Of a stretch of DNA of 64,000 nt, positions 14,941 to 26,120 are shown piece after piece. Source of the DNA: Octopus sinensis (taxonomy: Eukaryota). Made by a program: the position numbers and the translations under genes. Numbering within the stretch: the stretch's first letter is position 1; every line of letters starts with the position of its first letter. The notes beneath the pieces were generated by a model. The model searched no databases. It had not been told where the DNA came from and saw only the letters and a list, made by a program, of their open reading frames with translations. The stretch spans positions 51,274,001 through 51,338,000 of the forward strand of contig NC_042997.1 in assembly GCF_006345805.1 (NCBI RefSeq), given 5' to 3'.

Positions 14941-15365
14941 TTATCTAGTTTCAGCTGTCATTCCTGGGAGAGAAAGGCCCTCAGGCCATCTGACATTGGG
15001 TAGATTGAAGTCTCCCATAATAAGTACACTTATGTGTTGTTCTAATGTGACTAGAACTTCTATTTTTATAAGGCAGTCTTCAAACTTGCCTACATGGCTT
15101 GGGGCATCTAGAGAGCGATATGTAGCACACACAACTACACCAAGTTGCCTTATATGTACAATTAGTGTGTCACACACCGAATTTGAGTATGACAAAAGAA
15201 CCTGGGGTGTGAGGTCCTCACGGATGTATATAGCAACTCCTCCATGACTCCTTTCTTTTCTGTCGGTCCGTAGTACAACATACTGTGGTATGTGTACTTC
15301 CACATCTGCTATGTCCGGTTTCAGGTGTGTTTCCGTAAGTGCTATGCATAAGGCTTGATTGCATA
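14941..15365 (-). mobile_element. LINE apurinic-endonuclease (APE) fragment, CR1/Jockey-like group
   Basis: IALTETHL...[19 protein letters not shown]...TYRS...[13 protein letters not shown]. Isolated between two microsatellites. Confidence 0.88.
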
Positions 15366-15579
15366 TACACATATATATATGTACATACACATATATATGT
15401 ATATATACTTTTATGTATATATATGTATATATATGTATATATATGTATCATCATCATCATCGTTTAACATCCGCTATGTATATATATGTATGCGTATATA
15501 TATATGTATATATATATATATGTGTATATATATATGTATATATATATATGTGTGTATGTGTATATATGTGTATCTATAC

Positions 15580-16632
15580 AGTATTTCGCTCTTATACGCC
15601 ATTTGGTCTCAACTCTCCCCCCTCCTCATCTAACCCCCTCTCCCCCCTCCTCACCTATCCTTTCTCCCCCCCCCGACCCCTATTCTTCAGTCCTTCATCC
15701 TTTCACCCCTACTCCCCTCCCTTCTTCCCTCTTTCTCCCTCCCCCTCTTCCCCTTCCCTCTGCTCCCTCACTCCCCTCTCCCCCCCCTCCCTCTTTCCTC
15801 CTTCATCCCCCTCCTCCCCTTCCTTCTCCCCCTTCCTCTCCTCTTCCCCCTTCTCCTCCCCCTCTTCTTCCCCTCCCCTTCTCTCCCCCTTCTTCCCCCC
15901 TCCCCCTCTTCTCCCCCTCTTCTCCCCCTCCCCCTCTTCTCCTCACTACACCACATGACTTTACACATCACATCACATATGATGTGCCATACTAATACAC
16001 ACACCAACTAATACATACTAATATGTACTAATACATACTAGTACATACTAATACTTACACCAACCCTATACATACACACGTCCAGACCCCGCATACGCAC
16101 TTATACTCTCTCACACACACACACACATATATAATACCAATACGTACTAATACATACTAATACATACTAATACATACACCAACCCCATACATACGCATGT
16201 CCAGACCAATCTTACGCACTAATACTCTCTCATACACACCACAACACACACACACACACCCTTATACATACTAATACATACACCAACCCTATACATACAC
16301 ACATCCAGACCCCTCCCACGCACTTTTAGCTGGTCCCTCACCCTTTTATCAACCCTATTATCTCCCCTTATTTCGCTCTCGCGTCTCATGTTTGATCTTT
16401 GACCTCTGGCCGAAATCAGATCGCCATGTTGATTTGTTAGCTACTGCACGCATTTTTTTTCTCTCCTTCTTTCTGTGTTTTTCTCTCTCTGTGTATCTTT
16501 CTGTTGAAGAGCGTAGGCTCGAAACGTTAAAGACTTGTTTTATTTATATTTCCTGAGCGCCATACTAATACAATTGTTCGTTTGTTTTCCACCTGCCTTC
16601 GTCTTTTGTTTATTTTCATAAAGCTTCCCGTT
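15580..16632 (+). mobile_element. Probable PLE 3' end or non-autonomous pLTR fragment (CT-rich tract, CA-rich repeats, terminal hammerhead-like motif)
   Basis: Architecture resembles the PLE3 3' UTR. Three degenerate copies of GTCCAGACC..ACGCACT at ~16080-16325. Hammerhead-like motif ~100 bp before the junction with a (TA)n array. No ORF present. Confidence 0.55.
16496..16533 (+). ncRNA. Minimal type I hammerhead-like motif (A6U core variant)
   Basis: TCTTT-CTGTTGA-A-GAGC gtag GCTC-GAAA-CG-TT-AAAGA: 5-bp stem I, 4-bp stem II and palindromic stem III ACGT. Confidence 0.65.
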
Positions 16633-16739
16633 ATATATATATATATATATATATGTATTTATATATATGTATATATATATGTATATATATGTATCTATGT
16701 ATATATATATGTGTATATATATGTATGTATGTGTATATA

Positions 16740-16772
<33 letters not shown>

Positions 16773-16777
16773 GTATA

Positions 16778-16808
<31 letters not shown>

Positions 16809-17008
16809 GAGACTCTATGTTGGTCTGCAATCATTTCGACATCTGATGTGTGGCACCTGTTGCACCTGTACAAGCAATGTTGATCTAATGGAGGGAGTGA
16901 GGTCATGTCTACACAAATATTTGATCGCTATAGACAAATCATCTGTGTGGTTGTTTGGTAAGAAATTGTGAAGCCCTCATAAGTTGCCTAGTGATGGGAG
17001 AGTCCATC

Positions 17009-17240
17009 ATATATATATATATATATATAAAACCACCGTCATTTTACATCTGCTGTCTATACTAGCATGGGTTGGACAGGTCATTCCCCTCTTAGGCATA
17101 GTTCAGGAACCACACTCGACTTGTACATTTCATTTTGGCATGGTTTATAATGGCTAGATGGTTTTGCTAACAGCAAACGCATTACAGGGTATAATGGATG
17201 TGTTTTATCATGACATAACTACTAGCATGATTATTATATT
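17009..17240 (-). mobile_element. Old SINE 3' fragment
   Basis: Diverged match to the tail motif CTAGCATGGGTTGGAC seen at 12265 and elsewhere. Confidence 0.6.
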
Positions 17241-17722
17241 CTCAACAAGTTGAAATTAAACATGTATGTATATGATGTAATGTCACAATATTTATACGAA
17301 TTTCTTTTTTGTAAACATTAAACAAATTGTAAGGATTTGAACAGATGATGTTTAGTTTTTCTATTTTGAAATCTCAAACTAAATATGTTTTATAAAGTAT
17401 TTATGTGTATTGTAGTGAGTGTGTGTGTTTGTGTGTTGCTTATACTCACAAGTGGAAGTGTTATAATTCTTTAATTTTCTTAGCTATCATAACTAAGGAT
17501 TTGCTGGAGCGCTACTTTCAAGCCATTTTAGAATACTTTATTTCTTGAATTCCTGTGTTTTTACTTGTCTTTGAAAATAAGAATATATTTATGATAATTT
17601 GTATATGCACGAGCATATGTGTGTGAATGTACAAACATTATTATTATTTTTATCTACATACTTCTTCAATTTAAACATTATTGAATGTTTATGAAATTCT
17701 CTTTTCTAATTTGGTATCTCAG

Positions 17723-17734
17723 AAGAGCAACAAG
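17723..17734 (+). CDS. CADPS: Candidate 12-nt CADPS microexon (adds EEQQ, phase 1/1)
   Basis: CTTTTCTAATTTGGTATCTCAG|AAGAGCAACAAG|GTGAGC. Phase fits the acceptor of exon 28508. TGCATG lies 45 nt downstream, in a repeat-poor setting. Confidence 0.6.
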
Positions 17735-20240
17735 GTGAGCTGAAATACACATTATTTCCACTATTTTATTTAGAAAGCGTGCATGCGCACTTTCAGACTT
17801 CAATATTTTACCAACTTTGCTATGTCACTCCATAATTTATGTTTATCATAATTTCCACTTAATAAAACAAATCTCATACTGATATTTTATTAATGCTACC
17901 TACTACAATTATTGAGTAAAATCACTAAAATTCTTTCACTAAAAGAAATTTATCATTGTACTATCTATGTAAGTAATAGACATACCTTTATAAACCCTCA
18001 ATAATAGTTATTTTACCCAGATCCCAAACTGGATCCAAGTTATCTTATTCAGATCCAAGAATAAATGCATCAAAACACACTTTATCTTTTTTTTAAAGAA
18101 ATATAACAATATATATGTATATACATATTTATGTATATATATAGGTATATATATATGTATATATATGCTTCTATTTGTATAAATATCTGTAAATTAAAGC
18201 TAATGTACAACACAATATATTGAGGTCTTCTCCTAAATTCATATTAGCTTTTTCAGTTTGCCTAAATTCTATTTTAGAATATTTCATAGTATTCATTTGC
18301 TTGATTATTATTGTAGCTGATTTGTACAAGGATATTTAAAAAATATATCCAACTCAATCCAATATGAATGTTAGATTCAGAAATTGAGATTCATTTTGTC
18401 TTTCTCCCTATTTTCTTGTAAGCATAGTATTTTAAGAAGCAGTATCAATTCTAAAATATTTTATAGCTATTCACATAAAGAAATATATGAAACAGCTGGT
18501 TTAATTTCAGGGAAATTTAGTTTAGTCTTAGTTGTAGCTAATATAATACTGAAAGTACATAGGCACATTTAGTCATATGTAATATCATAATATGAATGTA
18601 AACTAATTTATATACCTAAAAATTGAAGTAGCATTGGAATAAGAAAATAAATATATCCACAATATTTAACAGAAAGCATTTCTTTTTTTACACATGGGAA
18701 TTTTGACTGCCAATTGTTGGTGCTGTCACCCACTGTTGCTTTTGGAATAAGAAATGTAAAGAAAGAGTTTAAGAAATAGAAGGTAGGGAGAATTTCCACT
18801 CAAGAGCAATGAATCCATATACTTGTTATATTTAAAATAAGGAGCATATTGGTTTCAAGCTTTTGAAAACTTGTAAATTATATTCTTTAATTTAATTGAA
18901 AAGTGACTAGAAAAATATCCTGAAATGTTTTAATTCAAATTATTTTAATATTTTACTCCTATCTTTTAAGCTTTCAGTATATTGCTATCAATGAAGCTCA
19001 GGGAAACAAGTAAAAGAAGGAATGAATTGAAAAATATTCAACCTTTTTATAAGATATACTTTAAGATTTAAAAAAAAATTTTTATGAAACAAAAATTACT
19101 AAAATAGACATTCAAATCTATGAATGAATTTGCAAATAACCATCATAGATGAATCATTAGGGACTAGATCTGATCATCTAAAATTTGCATGTTTAATATA
19201 TTGATACTTTTTTGCTTATGCTTACTGTTCTGCTAATATACTATAATGGTGTAAATCAAAGCTTTTAGAAAATTACCATAAAACAGTAGCAGCATTTTCT
19301 TAGCATAGAAGATTTTTTCTTATATATTTTTCAATAATTATTTCTTTTCATGTGTGTGTATGAGATAATTTTACCCATGCACACACACTCATATATATAT
19401 TTACATGCATGCATGCACATACACACAAACATATATCCACTCACATCAGAAAAGGTAGAAACATCAACATTATTGATGCTTCAAAAAATTCATTTCTTCT
19501 TATAACTCTTTCAACAGTGCTCATGAGCATCTACCAACACACAGTTATTTTAATTACCTAATATGATGTGCCATTTCATCAAGAATTTTTTCAAAATCTA
19601 TAATTTAAATATGATCCTGATGAAATGATACTCACTTCATGCACGATTACTTTTATTATGTTAAGTAATTATAATAATTAAGTTTTGAAATATCAATGAT
19701 ATTCTTTGTTTTTATAACTTTTCTAATGTGATTTGTTCTCACCATTCATTATAGCCAATTATAAACTTTATGCAACATAATACTTGGTATTATTATTGCT
19801 TTGAAGTCGTAAGATATTGGAATTTAACTGAATGTTAAAAGTTGCACCCTGTAATCTTTAGATATTTCTCTTGTGCATAACCATTCATTTAGTATATTAA
19901 ATACATACATCCTTACATAAACCCATGCCAGTATGGGATATGGACATTCAATGATGATGGTAATGAAATATATATATATATATATAGGAGGTTAGTATGG
20001 ATAAAATAATCCAGGTGTTTATCTTAGGAAGCTGGTTATTTCTCAATATTATTTTTATAAATACCTCCTATGAAACAATTCTATGGACAGCTATGTTATA
20101 TACATTGTATAGCATGCATGGCTGAATCATTATTAACAGACATGTCTGTAGACATAATGTGAGAATAATCACCATGGAATTGTCAACCATGAAATAAAAG
20201 TATTATCATGAACACCAATCTTCAATTTATACACTCACAT

Positions 20241-20655
20241 AGGTGCAGGAGTGGCTGTGTGGTAAGTAGTTTGCTTACCAACCACATGGTTCCGGGTTCA
20301 TTTCCACTGTGTGGCACCTTGGGCTACTGTCTTCTACTATAGCCTTGGGTTGACCAAAGCCGTGTGTGTGGATTTGGTAGACAGAAACTGAAAGAAGCCT
20401 GTCGTATATATGTGTGTGTGTATATATATATATACATATATATATATAGATATATATATATGTGTGTATGTTTGTTGTGTGTTTGTCCCCCCAACATCGC
20501 TTGACAACTGATGGTGGTGTGCTTATGTCCCCATAACTTAGCAGTTCAGCAAAAGAGCCTGATAGAATACGTCCTGGGGGCCGATTTTCTTGACTAAAGG
20601 CAGTGCTCCAGTATGGCTGCAGTCAAATGACTGAAACAAATAAAAAAGAAAAGAG
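20241..20655 (+). mobile_element. tRNA-derived SINE, near full length, with internal (TA/TG)n
   Basis: A-box TGGCTGTGTGG and B-box-like GGTTCATTTCC head; tail GACTGAAACAAATAAAA. The same head recurs at 22010-22178 (-), 43615-43786 (-) and 55366-55530 (+). Confidence 0.85.
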
Positions 20656-20772
20656 AAAAGACACATACACACCATTTATGCATATATATGTGTGCGTGTG
20701 TGTGTGTATAGCTGGGGTCCATGTATCTTCTCTATGGTAAGACACTTTTCCCTGTTCCTGTATCATACTTTA

Positions 20773-21101
20773 TTTCGATTCCCAGACTGGGTGTTGTGAG
20801 TGTTTATTGAGCGAAAACACCTAAAGCTCCACGAGGCTCCGGCAGGGATGGTGGTGATCCCTGCTGTACTCTTTCACCACAACTTTCTCTCACTCTTACT
20901 TCCTGTTTCTGTTGTACCTGTATTTCAAAGGGCTGGCCTTGTCACTCTCTGTGTCATGCTGAATATCCCCGAGAACTGCGTTAAGGGTACACGTGTCTGT
21001 GGAGCGCTCAGCCACTTACACGTTAATTTCACGAGCAGGCTGTTCCGTTGATCGGATCAACGGGAACCCTCGTCGTCGTAACCGACGGAGTGCTTCCATC
21101 C
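20773..21101 (+). mobile_element. SINE insertion with 11-bp target-site duplication
   Basis: ATCATACTTTA at 20762-20772 and 21102-21112. Starts at a B-box-like TTCGATTCCC. 3' stem-loop at 21042-21067 and a short CCAT tail. Confidence 0.85.
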
Positions 21102-21128
21102 ATCATACTTTAGCCTTTTAACACCTGA

Positions 21129-21380
21129 CACAAAGCACCCCCGCTCAGTCAAAGCAGTTCTTGTCTTGTGACCTACTTGGCAAACTCACTAGTGCTGGTA
21201 CCACAAAAAGTACCCAATACATTCTGTAAAGTGGTTGGCATTAGGAAGTGCATCAAGCTTTAGAAATCATGTCAAAGCAGATATTGGAGCTTGATGCATC
21301 CTGTAACTCAGCAGATCCTGTTAAACCTTTCAGCCCATGGCAGCATAGAACATGGGCATTAAATAATGATAATGATGATG
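21129..21380 (+). mobile_element. Old SINE/RTE 3' tail
   Basis: GTGGTTGGCATTAGGAAG...CCCATGGCAGCAT...(GAT)n. Confidence 0.75.
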
Positions 21381-21952
21381 ATTTATAAAACAAAACTGGA
21401 GAATCAGTTCATGAATTATGAAGTTACATCATCTTATGCATGTTACAGTGGACATAATGGCTGAATTATGCAATCTGGGCCAGATAAGTTTTCTGGGTCT
21501 TCACTTTGTTAGAGATTCATATCAGTTGGTTATGAATCGCTGATTTCATTACAGGATTTATGAATCATCTCTCCAGTTTTGTTTATTCTATATGTATTCT
21601 GCGATCTTTCCAACTCTGGAATAGTGAAAAGAAACTTAGACATAAAACATAATTTCTCTTCAGTTTATTCTGACATACATATCAAATCTCATCATCATTT
21701 AATATCTACTATTCCATGCTTGCATGGTTCAGATGGAATTTTTTGAAGGGGATTTTCTATAGTCAGACACCCTTTCTTTCACCAATGCTCACCTGTTTCC
21801 AAGTAAGATCATATTTTCCATGACTAGACACGTTTTTACAGAAGATTGGAAACAAAGGATACTGCTTGCATGATGATGACATTTTTTTATAATTATCACA
21901 TAAAGTCAAAGCAAGGAGACAATAACATACACATACACACACACATACAAAT

Positions 21953-22009
<57 letters not shown>

Positions 22010-22015
<6 letters not shown>

Positions 22016-22178
22016 CAACAAGCTTCTTTCAGTTCCCATTTGCCAAATCCACTCACAAGGCTTTGATCAGCTCAGGCTAAAATAGAAGATACTTGGCTAA
22101 GATACTGTGCAGTGGGACTGAACCCAAAACCATGTGGTTAGGAAGCAAACTTCTTACCACACAACCATGCCTGCACCT
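22010..22178 (-). mobile_element. SINE tRNA-like head fragment
   Basis: Reverse complement of the head at 20241. Confidence 0.8.
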
Positions 22179-22189
22179 GTGTGTGTGTG

Positions 22190-22232
<43 letters not shown>

Positions 22233-22244
22233 CCACATATATTG

Positions 22245-23165
22245 TCATCATCATCATTATCATCATCATCATCGTCGTCGTCCTCTAACCTCCACTTTCC
22301 ATGCTGGCATGGATTGGATGGTTTGACTGAGGGGTGGCAGGGCAGATGGCTGCACCAGGCTCCAATCTCATCTAGCAACGTTTCTACAGCTAGATGCCCT
22401 TCCTAACACCAACCACTCTGAGAGTATAGTGGGTACTTTTACGTGCCTCCGGTACAAGAGACAGTCATGCAGTACTGGCATCGACCATGCTCAAATGGTG
22501 CTTTTTACATGCCACCAGCATGGGAGCCAGTCAAGGGCTCTGGTGACAATCACACTTGAATGTGCTTTTTACTTGCCACCAGCATGGGACCAGTCAGGTG
22601 GCACTGGTATCAACCATGCTTGAATGATGCTTTTTACGTGCCACCAGCACAGGTGCCAATCAGGCAATACTGTCATTGGCCACAACAATGACTTCACTTG
22701 ACTCATGTCTTTGCAAGCACAGTTTATTGCCCAATGGGCCAGTTATGCTGCACTGGCATAGGCCACGGTTAAAGTCTCACTTGGCTTGTCAGGTCTTCTC
22801 AAGCACAGCATATCTCCAAAGGTCTCGATCACTTGTCACCTCCTCCATGAGGCCCAACATTCGAAGGTCATGCTTCACCACCTCATCCTAGGTTTTCATG
22901 GGTCTACCTCTTCCACAGGTTCCCTCTACTGCTAGGATGTGACACTTTTTCACACAGCTGTTCTCATCAATATGCAACACATGACCATACCAGTGCAATT
23001 GTCTATCTTGCACACCACATCTGATGCTTCTTATATCCAACTTTCTCTCAAGGCACTTACACTCTGTCATGTATGCACACTGACATTACACGTCCAGCAG
23101 AGCATACTAGCCTCATTCCTTGCAAGCTTATGCACATGCACAGCTTGTCCCCCCACACAAATGTT
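22245..23165 (-). mobile_element. RTE-clade LINE 3' end (RT C-terminus, 3' UTR with ~65-bp tandem repeats, (GAT)n tail)
   Basis: ERKLDIRSIRCGVQDRQLHWYGHVLHIDENSCVKKC...GRGRPMKT*...DRDLWRYAV. The 3' UTR matches the SINE-tail sequences in the window. Confidence 0.88.
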
Positions 23166-23229
23166 TACACACTTATAGCTGATAACTCACTTAATTTTCA
23201 CTTTTTAGATTTAACCCATTAAACATAAT

Positions 23230-24008
23230 GAAAGAAGCCAAACTGAGCTTGAAGAAAGGAAATTTATCCTAAGTGTAAGTTTGAAAATGTGGTTGCAGTG
23301 CAAAGACTGTTTAGGAGGGAGCTTCAAACAGCTCTATTAACATGATTTACGACCACTTGAATTAAAGATAAGTTTGAAACACATGGACGTGTTTAGAATG
23401 TCCACAGGAATCTTTCCAGAAGACCATGGATATCAATGAGCCCGGCAAAGCAAGGAAGGGTACTGAAAATGTATTGCCAGAGGTCAAGAAAATCTATGCA
23501 GCAAGCAAGTTGTGAGATAAGAATTTCAAAATCAAGTGCCCATCATATTTTAAAGTGCTGTCATTGTCAAAGTTACATTCCAAGAATAGTCCATGACCTC
23601 AGAGAAGATGATCCAGACCAAAGAATAAAGTTTTACGAGTGATACTTAGCAAGATGTCTAGAAACACACACTTTCCAACTAAGATGGTTTAAAGTGATGA
23701 AACTACATTTAAATTAAATGGTTCAATTAGCTGTCACAGTTGCACTTACTTGGTCCATGAGAATTTGCATATTACAGAGAAACATCATGTTGATTTACCT
23801 AGAGTTACATTATGTTATAGCTTATCATCAAAAGAATTAACTGGGCCAACCTTTATTGGTGGTACTGTAATTGGTCCTTTTTACTCAAACTTGCTGTGAC
23901 AATCTATGATGGCAAGCATTCAAAAAGACTGATGATATGGAGATTATTTCCAACAAAATAGTGCATACCTACACTACTATAGTAATGTAAGGGCCTACCT
24001 TGATGATA
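23230..24008 (+). mobile_element. Old Tc1/mariner-superfamily transposase fossil (DUF4817-type N-terminus)
   Basis: Fragments EERKFIL..FENVVAVQRLFRRE, ISKSSAHHILK, HDLREDDPDQRIKFYE, SDETTFKLNGS, YFQQ..A..HY..VRAYLD. Heavily mutated. Confidence 0.75.
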
Positions 24009-24009
24009 T

Positions 24010-24480
24010 CCTTTGGGGGTCTGCAGTTGGTGAACCATTTTCTTCAAATAGTGGTCTTGTCCTTGTATTGTACTGAAGCAGACTCTTTTGCAAATCTAAA
24101 GAAGGCTTTAGGGTTCATCTTTCCATTTTTTTACAGCCCTGACTTCTCTACCGTCTAGAGTTTCATCCACGATATTTAAAATGTTCACTGCTGCTGTTAT
24201 GATATTTATTTTTATCTATAATGCAAAGCATGTATTTGCTGCCCCATCCCCTGCATTTCCTGGCCTTAGCTATTATAATCCAGTTTATCTGGAATTGCTC
24301 ATATTTCTCCCTTTAAGCATCCATGTCAAGTTGGATAAAGATGTTTGTTTTTTTGTTTTTATCCCTGAACGAAACCAAATATTGCATATTTCTCTCTTTG
24401 AAGGTGTTTCTCATCATTCCAATATAGTTTTTTTGTTATTCCATTCAAATCTATAATGTTGGGCTTGTACACTAATTCTT
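24010..24480 (-). mobile_element. CR1/Jockey-like LINE ORF2 linker remnant
   Basis: Minus-strand translation includes KMNPKAFFRFAKE...RPLFEENGSPTADP (with a frameshift). Confidence 0.55.
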
Positions 24481-24889
24481 TTTCCAAGTACCTACGGTTC
24501 AGGAGACAGCTGTTCAGAGATCTACAATTACAGGATCTTTAGGGGATATTCCTAATGTTATTTTTATTGAGGTTGAATATAATCAACCCTATATTAGAGA
24601 GGCAACTATAACTAACTTTAACTGTATTTCTATTGAAGATCTTGTGGTATTCATGTGTGTGAGAGAAGTGGTTATCTATGAGTTATAGGAATTTTCTAGC
24701 TATGTTAGTGCTACATGAAAGTGCTACTACACAAAGTAGATTGACTCAGTGAAACAGGTGCTACTGTGAGAAACTATAGGAACTGAAGCTTTACTCCTTA
24801 GAAAGAAAGCATGAATAATATGCAGTGATATATATATGGAAAATTCTGGAAGCTCTAGCTCTCAACTTTGGAATTGAAAGCTATACCAA

Positions 24890-25230
24890 CCACTGAACTA
24901 GACAGCACTGCATAGTACAGAAGTTCCCATCTTCTCCATCTAAAACAAGGACCCTGTAGTGTAACATCTTGAGTTCTTGAGTATCAAGGGACCACAACTG
25001 TTCAACATTCTGCGAAACTATCTCAGAGATTTGTGAGGTGTTGATTTGGTGGTCTTCAAAGAGCATCAGGGCAAATTTTTATCTGAGGTAGCAGATGAAC
25101 CCACGTTGTGACAGGAGATACAAAGAAGAGCAGCTCTGTCCAACTTGCTACTTCACCAGAAATAGCACAGAAAAAGTAACCTAAACACAGAAAGGTGATG
25201 CTCAAACATGGTCTCAGCTTCTGACTGAAA
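24890..25230 (+). mobile_element. CR1-like LINE ORF2 C-terminal remnant
   Basis: GPQLFNILRNYLRDL*GVDLVVFKE...DEPTL..RRAALSNLLLHQ. Confidence 0.7.
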
Positions 25231-25244
25231 CTGGTGAAATATTC

Positions 25245-25390
25245 CTCATCATCATTTAAGTTCGTTGTCCATGCTGGCTTTGTTTGGACAGTTTGACCAG
25301 AGCTGGCAAGCTGGAAGGCTTCACCAGACTCCAGTCGGATTTGGAATGATTTCTGTAAATGAATGAGCTTCCTAATGCCAACCACTCCTA
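25245..25390 (-). mobile_element. Old SINE 3' tail
   Basis: (CAT)n-TTTAA..GTCCATGCTGG...TTCCTAATGCCAACCAC. Confidence 0.7.
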
Positions 25391-25416
25391 AGAAACAACA
25401 TATAAATAAATAGATA

Positions 25417-25468
<52 letters not shown>

Positions 25469-25486
25469 CACGCACACACATACACA

Positions 25487-26120
25487 TTATCCATCCTCTG
25501 CCCACTCTTGTTCATCATTTTCCTCCAGGCAATAACAGAGGAATTTAAGACAGGCTTCCCCTGGGAGCTCCTCTATGCTGATGATCTTGTTCTTATTGGG
25601 GAATCCCTACCAGAACTAGAGAAGAAGTTTCAAGTGTGGAAGCAAGGTCTATAATTGAAGGGCCTTAGAGTAAACCTTGTAAAAGCAAAGTCTTAGAAAG
25701 TAGGAAGGCAGACAAATCGCAAACCCCCTCAAGTAGATTGCCCTGCTCGATCTGTAGGAAAAGCATAGGCAGAAATTCCATAAGATGTACTCAGTGCAAA
25801 CTATGGACACACAAGAGCTGCAGCAATATCAAAGGAAGGTTAACTGGGAAAATAGGTTTTGTGTGTGGTAGGTGCACAGGTACAATAAACACTGAAAATG
25901 TACAGAAAATAGACTCCATCAAATGCCAGTGGGGTAAGATACAAGAAGTTGATAGCTTCCATTATCTAGGTGACCAAGTCAGTAATGGAGATGGATACTG
26001 GGAGAATAAGAATAGGCTGGGCAAAGTTCAAAGAGTTCCTACTTCTGTTTGCAACAAAGGACATCTCCCTTGGAGTGAAAGGCAAACTGTATGATGCCTG
26101 TCTGCAAATAGCTGTACAAT
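25487..26120 (+). mobile_element. RTE-clade RT fragment containing a C4HC3 (PHD-like) zinc finger
   Basis: PLLFII..PWELLYADDLVL...GLRVNLVKSKV, then CSIC-x10-CTQC-x4-H-x2-C-x14-CGRC, then VDSFHYLGD and RIGWAKFKE...KGKLYDAC. Confidence 0.9.

Noticed and set aside
15768-16007. Gly/Arg/Glu-rich and Pro/Ser-rich ORFs
   Set aside because: Low-complexity translations of the C/T tract.
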